Part shown: piece by piece, positions 55,860 through 64,000 of the stretch
Layout of the letters: every line of letters starts with the position of its first letter
Position numbering within the stretch: the first letter of the stretch is position 1
NCBI GenBank assembly: GCA_038884755.1
Contig: JAWABJ010000002.1
Location: 31,157-95,156, forward strand
Length of the DNA stretch: 64,000 nt
Direction of reading: 5' to 3'
Source: Candidatus Norongarragalinales archaeon
GTDB lineage: Archaea; Micrarchaeota; Micrarchaeia; Norongarragalinales; Norongarragalinaceae
Notes under the pieces: generated by a model
What the model was told of the DNA's origin: nothing
Seen by the model: only the letters and a program-made list of their open reading frames with translations
Databases searched by the model: none
Translations under genes and position numbers: made by a program

Positions 55860-57186
55860 TACAGTAAAGTACATGATAAAATCGAATTTCGAAATCGACG
55901 GTTTGGTGGAAAAGCCGGACATAGTCGGAGCGATTTTTGGGCAAACTGAGGGTTTGCTTGGAGACGAATTGGATTTGCGCGAATTGCAAAGGAACGGGCG
56001 GATAGGGCGAATAGAAGTGGACGCGCAGGTGCGCAAGGGAAAGACCGTAGGCACGATTTTGGTTCCTTCGAGCCTGGACATGGTAGAGACTAGTATCCTC
56101 GCGGCGGCGCTCGAGGTAGTAGACCGCGTGGGGCCGTGCGACGCGCGCATTAGCGTAATGCGCGTCGAGGACTCGCGCAACTTGAAGCGCAAGTCGGTGT
56201 TGGAGCGCGCGAAAGTCTTGCTCAAGACTTTGATGACGGAAGAGATTCCAGAAAGCAAGGAGTTGAGCGAAATGGTTCGCGACGACGTGAAGATTGCCGA
56301 CGTGGTTGCGTACGGCAAAGACCAGCTGCCCGCAGGCCCGGGAATCGAACGAAGCAACGAGATAATTGTCGTTGAAGGCCGCGCCGACGTGATAAACCTG
56401 CTCAAGAACGGCATAAAGAACGTGGTGGCGGTGGGCGGGGCGAACGTCGGGCAGACGATAACCGAGTTGTGCAGGCAGAAGGAAGTTACGGTGTTTCTGG
56501 ACGGAGACCGTGGAGGCGACATAATCCTCCGCGAGCTCGCCACTGCGACAGACATCGATTTCGTGGCGCGCGCTCCGGCCGGAAAGGAAGTGGAGGAACT
56601 CGCGCGCAAGGAAATAATCCAGTCGCTGCGCAGGAGGATTCCGCTTGACCAAGTCGCCGGGTTTGAGGAGAAAAAGCCCGTTGACAAGGGCATAGCCAAA
56701 GGCGAGTCGAGGGAAAACTTCGACTTCCGCGAGGAAAAGCCGCCGGTGGCTCAAAGGCCGCAGCAGTTTGAAAGGCCGAGGGAACGCCCTCATTTTGAAG
56801 AGCGGCCTCCACGCGAGCAATTCAGGGAACCACGCGAAGCCCCGCGCGTTGAAGTGTTCAAGCCCCCGCAGCCCGCGGCCGTGGAAATGAGCGGGGAAGA
56901 GAAGGCGCAGGCGGAACAGCTGCGTTCCGAGCTGAAGCAGCTGGAGGGCACGCTCAAGGCGAAACTGTTCAACAAAGACTTGAGTTTGAACAGCGAAGTG
57001 CCCATCCGCGAGATAATGTCTTCGCTTTCCGACGCGAGGGAAGTTTACGCGGTGGTTTTGGACGGGATAGTCACGCAGAGGCTCATCGACCTCGCCGAAC
57101 AAAAGCAGGCGAAGTTCCTCGTGGGCATACGCACGGGAAACGTGACGCGCAAGCCTGCGGGCGTGAAGATAATCGTTTCAGAATAA
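55840..57186 (+). CDS. dnaG: Archaeal DnaG (primase-like, exosome-associated)
   Basis: VEKPDIVGAIFGQTEGLLG, VVEGRADV, DGDRGG, DGIVTQRL. Confidence 0.95.
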   Translation: MGKTYVDTVKYMIKSNFEIDGLVEKPDIVGAIFGQTEGLLGDELDLRELQRNGRIGRIEVDAQVRKGKTVGTILVPSSLDMVETSILAAALEVVDRVGPCDARISVMRVEDSRNLKRKSVLERAKVLLKTLMTEEIPESKELSEMVRDDVKIADVVAYGKDQLPAGPGIERSNEIIVVEGRADVINLLKNGIKNVVAVGGANVGQTITELCRQKEVTVFLDGDRGGDIILRELATATDIDFVARAPAGKEVEELARKEIIQSLRRRIPLDQVAGFEEKKPVDKGIAKGESRENFDFREEKPPVAQRPQQFERPRERPHFEERPPREQFREPREAPRVEVFKPPQPAAVEMSGEEKAQAEQLRSELKQLEGTLKAKLFNKDLSLNSEVPIREIMSSLSDAREVYAVVLDGIVTQRLIDLAEQKQAKFLVGIRTGNVTRKPAGVKIIVSE

Positions 57187-57238
57187 GTTAAAAGCCGGGT
57201 TTAAATTTCCCGGCTGCCTTCTTTTTTTCGAAAGCGCA

Positions 57239-57547
57239 ATGAAAAAATTCACGCGTTCTTTGGAACGGCACAAGGGAATCGTTTTCGCAACCACCACGCC
57301 CCACGGCGTCGGCGCGCTGCACTTGCGCCACAAGGTTCCTTTGTACAAAATAATGCAGGTTGCCGATTCTCTGGGGCTCGCGGTTTATTCCGAGCATAAG
57401 CACAAGCACCACCTGCAATTCAGGAACAAGAAGAACGAGCTGGTGGGGACGCTCGTGAACTTCAACCTCCTTCTGCTCCCAAAGTTCGAGAAGACGAAAG
57501 CGCAGGCCGTTGAACTGGCGCAGGCTTTGCTGGAAAAAGTCCATTGA
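57239..57547 (+). CDS. Hypothetical His-rich protein
   Basis: 102-aa ATG ORF with EHKHKHHL; TTTAAA box upstream. Confidence 0.6.
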   Translation: MKKFTRSLERHKGIVFATTTPHGVGALHLRHKVPLYKIMQVADSLGLAVYSEHKHKHHLQFRNKKNELVGTLVNFNLLLLPKFEKTKAQAVELAQALLEKVH

Positions 57548-57598
57548 CCTTTTGCAGCCGTAAGCAATAGTTTTATGCTTTTTCGTCGTTCTATTTTC

Positions 57599-59020
57599 AT
57601 GCGCTTCAAGAGCACTTCGGAAATCCCGATTCCCAAAGACCCCTTAGCGCAGGTCATAGGCCAGGACGAGGCGGTGAAAATCGCCAAAGTCGCCGCCTCT
57701 CAAAAAAGGCACTTGCTTTTGGTGGGGCCTCCGGGAACCGGAAAATCCATGCTCGCGCAGGCTATAGCATTGCACTTGCCAAAGCCCACCGAGGAAATCG
57801 CAGTCCTTCACAATCCCGAGCAGCCCGAACGGCCTTTTGTCGAAGTGCGCAACATCGACCAAGTGCGCAAGGAAGAGAGAATGGCCGACACGCTGAAAGG
57901 TCGGGTTGTGACGGCGAGCGAAGTTCCCGCTTTCGTTTCCGAGCGACTGGGATTCCGCTGCAGGCGCTGCGGGCGCTTGAGCCGGGCCACGGAAACCTCG
58001 TGCCCCAACTGCGGCGCGGACAAGAAGTTCGAAAGCGTTTTCGGAAACATTCTCACCGACGTTTACGCGCCGGAAAAGCGCGGAAAGCGCTTGAGCACCA
58101 CCCGCGTGCTGGACGACGGGCGCGAGGAAGTGATAGTTTACGAGCGGCAGGGCGAGGAAATACGCATTCTCGACCAAAAGACCCTGGAAAAGCTCGACGC
58201 GCTGAAAAAGAAAAAACCGCGCAAAGTGATAGTCCCGTTCAACAGGAAGAATTTCGTTGTCGCGACTGGCGCGAGCGAGACTGAATTGCTGGGCGACGTG
58301 CGCCACGACCCGTACGGCGGGCACCAAGGCATAGGGACGCCGCCTTACATGCGCGTGGTGCCGGGCTCGATTCACGAATCCCACCAGGGCGTGTTGTTCA
58401 TAGACGAGATTTCTTCCATGCAATACTCGCAGAGGTATTTGTTCACGGCCATGCAGGAAAAGAAATACCCCATCGTCGGGCACAACCCGCAGAGCGCCGG
58501 GGCAAGCGTGCGCGTCGACGATGTTCCGTGCGATTTCATTTTAGTTGCAGCAACAAACATCAACGACCTGCCGGGAATCCTCCCGCCGCTGCGGTCGCGA
58601 ATCATAGGCAACGGCTACGAGGTTTTGCTCGAATCCTGGATGCCCGCGACTGCCGAGAGCGAAGAGAAGATAATCCAGTTCCTGGCGCAGGAAATCCGAA
58701 AGGACGGCAAAATACCGCACGCTTCCAAGGATGCGGTGGAAGAAATACTGGCTGAAGCGAAAAAACGGGCTAAACAATGGGACGGGCAGGACAACGCTTT
58801 CACGCTGAAACTGCGCGACTTGAGCGGCATAATCCGCCTGGCGGGCGATTTCGCTTACGCTCACAAGCACGATTTGATAACGCGCGAAGACGTTTTGCTC
58901 GCGATAAAGCGCGGGCGCAACGTCGAAGAGCAACTGCAGGACAAGTACGGAAGCGTTTGGAAGGCGGGCGCCAGCGAATTGGCCAGGGAAAAGAAAAACC
59001 CGCAGAAGGAAGTAAGCTGA
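57599..59020 (+). CDS. LonB-like AAA+ ATPase with zinc ribbon, lacking the protease domain
   Basis: QVIGQDEA, GPPGTGKS, CRRC..CPNC, LLGDVRHDPYG, GVLFIDEI, VPCDF, LRDLSGIIR; ends without a Ser-Lys protease domain. Confidence 0.85.
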   Translation: MRFKSTSEIPIPKDPLAQVIGQDEAVKIAKVAASQKRHLLLVGPPGTGKSMLAQAIALHLPKPTEEIAVLHNPEQPERPFVEVRNIDQVRKEERMADTLKGRVVTASEVPAFVSERLGFRCRRCGRLSRATETSCPNCGADKKFESVFGNILTDVYAPEKRGKRLSTTRVLDDGREEVIVYERQGEEIRILDQKTLEKLDALKKKKPRKVIVPFNRKNFVVATGASETELLGDVRHDPYGGHQGIGTPPYMRVVPGSIHESHQGVLFIDEISSMQYSQRYLFTAMQEKKYPIVGHNPQSAGASVRVDDVPCDFILVAATNINDLPGILPPLRSRIIGNGYEVLLESWMPATAESEEKIIQFLAQEIRKDGKIPHASKDAVEEILAEAKKRAKQWDGQDNAFTLKLRDLSGIIRLAGDFAYAHKHDLITREDVLLAIKRGRNVEEQLQDKYGSVWKAGASELAREKKNPQKEVS

Positions 59021-59021
59021 A

Positions 59022-59438
59022 TCAGCGCTTGGCCCTTCTTACCATTGATTGGAAAGCCTGCCTGTGCCTTTCTCCAAGAGTCTGCTCGTACTCTTCGATT
59101 GGGACTATGACTTTCCCGCTCTGGTATACTATAAGCGACATTACCGCTAGCCCAAGCCAGAACATGAACCACGCTATCGGCGCCAAAAGAATGCCGAGCG
59201 CGTCTTCGCTGGAAAACTCGCTTCGCCCGGCGCTCAAAGCCCAGCCGAACAGCTGTTCGGAAAGCTTGGGGTTGAGCGTGGCAGTGTTGATTTTATCCAC
59301 GGTAACAAAAACGTTGTACGCTGCATTTGCTACCATGAGCACCGAAAACAACACGAAAAACGCGCCTGCGAGCTTGAGCAAGTGCATCCTTTTTCCAGAA
59401 ATTGAAAGCCAAAAAATCCTGTGCATCGACATAATCAT
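59022..59438 (-). CDS. Hypothetical membrane protein
   Basis: Two TM segments. Confidence 0.65.
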   Translation of the reverse strand: MIMSMHRIFWLSISGKRMHLLKLAGAFFVLFSVLMVANAAYNVFVTVDKINTATLNPKLSEQLFGWALSAGRSEFSSEDALGILLAPIAWFMFWLGLAVMSLIVYQSGKVIVPIEEYEQTLGERHRQAFQSMVRRAKR

Positions 59439-59502
59439 ACCACCTTTCTTTTTTCTCTCAACCTATTACCCCAACACCGTATTTAAAGTTGATGCGCGCA
59501 GT

Positions 59503-59598
59503 TTTCTTTGATTAAACTTTCTTTTCCTAAACGCTTGCAGAACCTTTGGTTCTGCGGCGCCCTTCAGAAGCTTCGCTTCTGAACGGGAGAAAGTTTAA
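59503..59598. repeat. Hairpin element with nested double-hairpin module (copy 2, 59532-59587) forming the tRNA-Val 5' leader
   Basis: TTAAACTTTCT (59512) pairs with AGAAAGTTTAA (ends 59598), abutting tRNA base 1; shares parts with 35236-35273 and 35326-35380. Confidence 0.85.
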
Positions 59599-59671
59599 GG
59601 GCCCGTAGTCGAGTGGCTAAGACGGCTCGTTTACACCGAGCAGACCCGGAGTTCGATTCTCCGCGGGCCCA
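59599..59671 (+). tRNA. tRNA-Val(TAC)
   Basis: GGGCCCG/CGGGCCC, GCTCG-TTTACAC-CGAGC, CGGAG-TTCGATT-CTCCG. Confidence 0.96.
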
Positions 59672-59717
59672 CTGAAAACAATTTTAATTGCCCATCTTCT
59701 ACTTTTCCTTTGAAAGC

Positions 59718-60839
59718 ATGACCAACCTTAAACTTCATCCTAACTTCGCTGAAGCAGTCCTGGCGCTGCTCGTTATTCTTTCCGCATTTGCTGTTTGGCT
59801 CCCCTTTCTGCTAAATTTAAATTCTATAGCCGGCATCCAACTGGAAGAAACCGGAAGGCAAGTTTTAGACCGGTATCTAGACGGTCCGCTGTTCGTCGTG
59901 GTTAGCAAAACTTTTTACTCTCCCGAAAGCGGCTTGTACCCTCTCTTCGATTTGCCTGCCGAGTATTTTGCAAGCCACTTTCCGCTCTACCCTTTGTTAA
60001 TTCGGTTGTTTTCCTTCATGGGGTCCTTTAATTCCATGCTTTTGATTACTGTTTTAACCTCAATCGGCGCGGTTTTAGCGTTTTATTTTCTTTTAAGGGA
60101 CTTCAACCTAAGCAAAAAGCCTTTTTTACTAGCGGTTTTCTTCATTTTTTTCCCGTTTAGGTGGTTATTGTACCACAGCGTAGGCGCCAATGAGGCGCTT
60201 TTTGTTTTTCTTTCCCTGTCTTCATTCTATTTCTTCAGAAAACGAGATTTTGCTAAAGCGGGCGTCGTCGGTGCTTTAGCCACGCTTTCGCGCCCCATGG
60301 GAATTCTTCTTTTTCCAGCCTTCGTGGTCCACCTGTATTTCAAAAATAGAGCCGTTCTGAACTCTCTAGTCTGGACCCCGGTTTTACTGATCCCATTAAG
60401 CCTTTGTTTGCTGGTTTTATTTTTCACCACTAACTTTTCCGTTTTTGCCCCCTTTATTTCCGTAAATACTTTTTATTTCCAAGGTTTTTTGAGCGGAGTG
60501 ACTGCATACGCTGGAACGGTGGGCGGAGAATTTGTCGCACTTCTCCTTTTGTTTTACTCTCTCGGAACGCTTCGCTTGTTTGAACGAAAGCATTACGATT
60601 TTTTTGCCTATTCCTTATTGTATCTTCTACCGTTTTTATTTTTCTCGCATAATGATATAAGCCGTTATTTGATTCCAATCGCACCGTTTGCCTTGTTTAT
60701 AGGGTTTAGTGAATTATGGGAAAGCAGATACGCAAAATATGCCCTGCCTCTAGCGGCATTAGCTGGAATTTTTTACGCTTGGACTGCCCTTCCTACCAAC
60801 CTGATTTCAAAAAGTATCTACTTATCAATTTTTAGTTGA
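59718..60839 (+). CDS. GT-C fold membrane glycosyltransferase (PMT/PIG-V-like)
   Basis: YLDGPLF, HFPLYPLLI, NEALF, LSRPMG, SRYLIP; many TM helices. Confidence 0.78.
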   Translation: MTNLKLHPNFAEAVLALLVILSAFAVWLPFLLNLNSIAGIQLEETGRQVLDRYLDGPLFVVVSKTFYSPESGLYPLFDLPAEYFASHFPLYPLLIRLFSFMGSFNSMLLITVLTSIGAVLAFYFLLRDFNLSKKPFLLAVFFIFFPFRWLLYHSVGANEALFVFLSLSSFYFFRKRDFAKAGVVGALATLSRPMGILLFPAFVVHLYFKNRAVLNSLVWTPVLLIPLSLCLLVLFFTTNFSVFAPFISVNTFYFQGFLSGVTAYAGTVGGEFVALLLLFYSLGTLRLFERKHYDFFAYSLLYLLPFLFFSHNDISRYLIPIAPFALFIGFSELWESRYAKYALPLAALAGIFYAWTALPTNLISKSIYLSIFS

Positions 60840-60925
60840 ATAAAACTAAACTTAAGTAATATATTGCCCGCTTTCTCTCTGTTGTTGTAGTTCAACGGGA
60901 GGGGAGGTGGCCCCTTTCGCCCGCA

Positions 60926-61108
60926 ATGTCCGATTCCTCCTACTCAGTCCTGTTGACGGTTCACGAAGATAACGCCTTCAACCTTGTTCCCAAGATTTTG
61001 AACAAGACTACTCCCTCTTTCAGTTTTATTTTGAGGCGCGGTAACGGCGCGGTCTTGAATTGCGCCAACCAAAACACCAACGTCGACTGGCTGGTCGTGG
61101 ACAACTAG
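60926..61108 (+). CDS. Short ORF, possibly a remnant of a fibre/H-lectin-like C-terminal domain
   Basis: YSVLLT..ILNKTTPSF..VDWLV pattern; no clear promoter or signal peptide. Confidence 0.3.
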   Translation: MSDSSYSVLLTVHEDNAFNLVPKILNKTTPSFSFILRRGNGAVLNCANQNTNVDWLVVDN

Positions 61109-61166
61109 CCTTCTTTTCTTCTGCGTTTTTAACGGGCCCTTGCTTTAATAGTTAGCGAGGGATTTG

Positions 61167-63458
61167 ATGGCGAGAAAAGCCCAAGCTGCTTTCGAATACA
61201 TGATTTTGCTTGCTGGAGTTTTGCTTATTGCCGTCATTGGGCTTGTTGTGTTCAGGAGTTTTGTTTTTGCTCCAGCTGCGCAGAGTGTGGAGGCAACGAA
61301 TTGTTGGGCGCGTTTGGCTAAGGATTCCATTTGCTATACCGGTTCTCAATGGAACGCGTGCGGGCAGGTTGACCGTTCTAAATACGTTTTGCCTGACGGG
61401 AGTTTTTGCGCTTCTTTGGAAACGCCGCAGGGTTGTGTTGGTGATTTGCCTTCGGATAAGTTGTGGTGTGGGGAGGTTGGAATTCAAGTTCAAACGCAGG
61501 GTTCTCCTTCGCCTAGCGTTTCTCCGTCGGCTTCGCCCAGCGCATCGCCTTCCCCTTCCCCCAGCGTTTCTCCTTCGCCTTCCCCTTCTCCCAGTCCCTC
61601 GCCTTCTCCCAGTCCCTCCCCTTCGCCTGACGGTTCGCTTCTCGGCTATTGGTCTTTCGAAGACTATAACGCGACTGCCGTGTTCGACTCTTCGTTGTAC
61701 AACCGCACGGGCTACTTCAGCGCAGGCAACGCAGGGCAAAACATCGTTGCGGGCTTTGCAGGCAGCGGGCTAAAGACTAGCCATGCGGCCGGCGTCCAGC
61801 TGAACGTTCCTTACGCCGGCTTTTGGAGCGCGGGCGGGCCTTTCACGATAATGGCTTGGCTCAAGCACGATACCGACTTGACGGGCTTTTGGCCCGACTC
61901 TTCGTTCGGCGGGTTCGAAAAGAAAGACTACCGCGTAAGATTCAGCTGGAGCGGCTGGGGCCACGATTTCCTTTCAGAAGGCTGGGCTTGCAAAATCCTT
62001 TCCGGCGACGCCGGCCCGGAAATTAAAACTGGAATGTACGTTAATGCCGGCGAGTGGAGCCACGTTGCTTGTACTTACGACGGGAGCGTTTTCTCGTTGT
62101 ACGTGAACGGCACGAAAGTTGCTTCGAAAACAATCGGCGCGGTGAACTACGGCGGCTTGGGCGCCTTTGCAGTAGGCGAGTCGCGGGTCGGGCAAATCTG
62201 GAACGGGACTATGGACGAAGTGCGGCTTTACAACCGCTCGCTTTCGAACGACGAGCTTTTTTCTTTCATTCCCCAGTCTTCGCAAACGCTGCAGTTGCAG
62301 GAAACGGCGAAGAGCGCGGATTCTTTCGTTGATTTCATCGGCTTCAACCTCCACGACTACCCGAACTTCACCACAACCGTGGCTTCTCTCATCCGGAATT
62401 CGAGCGTTAGGCACGTGAGGGACGGGCTCAGCATTTCCGGCAACTCTTGGGACCAGACTAAAATGCGTTCCTTGATTCCTTACGGGGTGAAGTACGGCCT
62501 TCTGGCCGATTCCAGGAGCCTCACGCCTTTGGAAGCGCGGACCGTGGTAAAATACATAATCGCGAACCTTTCCCCGATTTACGGAAACGATTTCATAGAC
62601 TACGTGGAAGGCCCCAACGAGCCGGACAACTTCCAACGCAACCGCTCGGACATAATCAACGAAACGCGCAATTACACGCGCGACTTGCACGATTTGTTCA
62701 AAGCTGACGCGATGACGCAAAACATCGTTCTCGTTGGGCCGTCGATGTCCACCCTCGCCGGCTTGGAAGGCGTCGGCGACTTGAGCCCGTGGGTGGATTT
62801 CGGGAACGGGCACGCTTACAGCCCCGGCGCTTATCCCGGCTTCGCGCCCCTGCTGGACAGGGAATTGCAGTATTTTCAAATCCCGTTTCCGGGAAAGTAT
62901 TTGTTCATAACCGAAACCGGCGGTTATTACACGGGCAACGCTTCCGGCGCCCTTTCGGAATACGTCCAGGCGAAGTACAACCTGCGCCGGCTGTTCGAAA
63001 TTTTCAACCGCGGCGTGATAATGGCGCACCATTACGATTTCATGGACGACGGGTCGAACTCCAGCAATTTCTACCACAACCAAGGGTTAGTGTACGTAAA
63101 CGGGACGGTAAAGCGCTCTTACACCGCGCTGAAAAATATGGTGCAGATTCTCAAAGAGCCCGGCGCTTCCTTCACTCCCGCGCAACTGCAGTACAGCCTG
63201 ACAGTTAATTCGACTTACCTCCACCGCACGCTTTTGCAGAAGAGCGACGGGGCGTTTTACTTGGTGCTGTGGATGGAGGGAGACAGCACCGACACCGACA
63301 GGACTAAAACCGTGGTCATCGGCTTCAACACTACTTTCTCGCAAGCTGCCGTTTACTCCCCGCTCGAATCCCCGGATCCCATCGCAACTTACGCCAACGT
63401 TGCGCAGTTGACTCTCGACGTGCCGGACAAAACCTTCATAGTGAAACTCACGCCGTAA
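61167..63458 (+). CDS. Class III signal peptide surface protein: Cys-rich domain, Ser-Pro linker, LamG domain, clan GH-A glycoside hydrolase-like domain
   Basis: RKAQAAFEYMILL, (SP)n, LLGYWSFE..WSHVACTYDG..LYVNG..GTMDEVRLYNRSLS, EGPNEPD and ITETG. Confidence 0.85.
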   Translation: MARKAQAAFEYMILLAGVLLIAVIGLVVFRSFVFAPAAQSVEATNCWARLAKDSICYTGSQWNACGQVDRSKYVLPDGSFCASLETPQGCVGDLPSDKLWCGEVGIQVQTQGSPSPSVSPSASPSASPSPSPSVSPSPSPSPSPSPSPSPSPSPDGSLLGYWSFEDYNATAVFDSSLYNRTGYFSAGNAGQNIVAGFAGSGLKTSHAAGVQLNVPYAGFWSAGGPFTIMAWLKHDTDLTGFWPDSSFGGFEKKDYRVRFSWSGWGHDFLSEGWACKILSGDAGPEIKTGMYVNAGEWSHVACTYDGSVFSLYVNGTKVASKTIGAVNYGGLGAFAVGESRVGQIWNGTMDEVRLYNRSLSNDELFSFIPQSSQTLQLQETAKSADSFVDFIGFNLHDYPNFTTTVASLIRNSSVRHVRDGLSISGNSWDQTKMRSLIPYGVKYGLLADSRSLTPLEARTVVKYIIANLSPIYGNDFIDYVEGPNEPDNFQRNRSDIINETRNYTRDLHDLFKADAMTQNIVLVGPSMSTLAGLEGVGDLSPWVDFGNGHAYSPGAYPGFAPLLDRELQYFQIPFPGKYLFITETGGYYTGNASGALSEYVQAKYNLRRLFEIFNRGVIMAHHYDFMDDGSNSSNFYHNQGLVYVNGTVKRSYTALKNMVQILKEPGASFTPAQLQYSLTVNSTYLHRTLLQKSDGAFYLVLWMEGDSTDTDRTKTVVIGFNTTFSQAAVYSPLESPDPIATYANVAQLTLDVPDKTFIVKLTP
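61502..61628 (+). repeat. Coding low-complexity Ser-Pro repeat
   Basis: Degenerate 6-nt units encoding SPSPSVSPSASPS. Confidence 0.85.
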
Positions 63459-63502
63459 AAACGGTTTTTAATCAGCGTATGCAAATTGTTTTTCCTAATT
63501 TT

Positions 63503-63576
63503 GCCGCAGTAGCTCAGCCTGGGAGAGCGTTCGCCTGAAGAGCGATGTGTCACCAGTTCAAATCTGGTCTGCGGCA
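63503..63576 (+). tRNA. tRNA-Phe(GAA)
   Basis: GCCGCAG/CTGCGGC, anticodon loop CTGAAGA, ACCAG-TTCAAAT-CTGGT. Confidence 0.95.
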
Positions 63577-63660
63577 CTTTCTTTTTAAATCACTGGAAAG
63601 CCACTCTCTGTGAATGTTTAAAAACGAAATTCAACTCGACTTCTAGTGGTTTCCTTAGGG

Positions 63661-64000
63661 ATGTGGGATAAAAAACGAGGAGTTATTTATCCTCGTCATT
63701 ATTCAACAAAGTTGGCCGAACTTTTTGGCATTTACGCAGGCGACGGCTCCCTATCCGTGTACCGGCGAGGAACGACCGTAGAATATAGACTTACCATATC
63801 CGGAAGCATTGCTGACTATTCCTACCTGCAACACGTTGACTCTGTAATTCGAAGTTTATTCAATCTTGGTAGCAAAGTGCTTGTACGAATTTGGAAAAAC
63901 AAGCGTTGGACGGTGCTCGTATACCGTTCTAAAGCGGTTGTGACCTATTTCGAGGAAAATGGCTTCCCTCCCCGAAGAAAAGAACACCTCTTTATTCCCG
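63661..64000 (+). CDS. Free-standing LAGLIDADG homing-endonuclease-like protein (runs off window; absent from ORF track)
   Basis: Manual translation MWDKKRGVIYPRHYSTKLAELFGIYAGDGSL..IRSLFNL..YRSKAVV..GFP..K..LFIP. Confidence 0.8.
   Translation, partial: MWDKKRGVIYPRHYSTKLAELFGIYAGDGSLSVYRRGTTVEYRLTISGSIADYSYLQHVDSVIRSLFNLGSKVLVRIWKNKRWTVLVYRSKAVVTYFEENGFPPRRKEHLFIP

Noticed and set aside
55762..57102. 446-aa antisense ORF (likewise 50225-51469 and 61974-63083)
   Set aside because: Antisense shadows of dnaG, asnS and the surface-protein gene
61502..61628. Possible CRISPR or non-coding tandem array
   Set aside because: In-frame Ser-Pro linker with synonymous variation; no repeat-spacer array or cas gene seen in the window
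1..64000. Stop-codon reassignment
   Set aside because: Conserved genes are full length in the standard code and end in TAA, TAG and TGA; the few breaks are single-base shifts at homopolymers

Overview
Archaeal chromosome segment, most consistent with a DPANN lineage such as Micrarchaeota (inference from TFE, aTrm56, RadA, Mre11/Rad50, aEF-1beta, class I CCA enzyme, GGGP synthase, Hjc, archaeal DnaG, GGTG ribosome-binding sites and BHB-type tRNA introns at non-canonical positions). Most of the window is housekeeping. It has six tRNA genes: iMet (two introns), Lys, Cys and Arg (one intron each), Val and Phe. Two things stand out. (1) A family of modular palindromic elements sits in the discarded parts of pre-tRNAs. 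The tRNA-Cys 37/38 intron and the tRNA-Arg 59/60 intron are homologous. A ~55-bp double-hairpin module is nested in both the Arg intron and the tRNA-Val leader. A second hairpin end is shared by the Arg trailer and the Val leader, and a related structured element lies at an island border. (2) A largely AT-rich accessory locus (~14.6-25.1 kb) couples LuxE-like/LuxC-like acyl-reductase enzymes and a Rossmann-fold enzyme to stand-alone FIST and V4R sensor proteins and a wHTH regulator. A divergent aminotransferase-IMPase-PfkB operon and a KaiC-like ATPase lie next to it. All assignments are from motif recognition by eye; no searches or folding programs were run.
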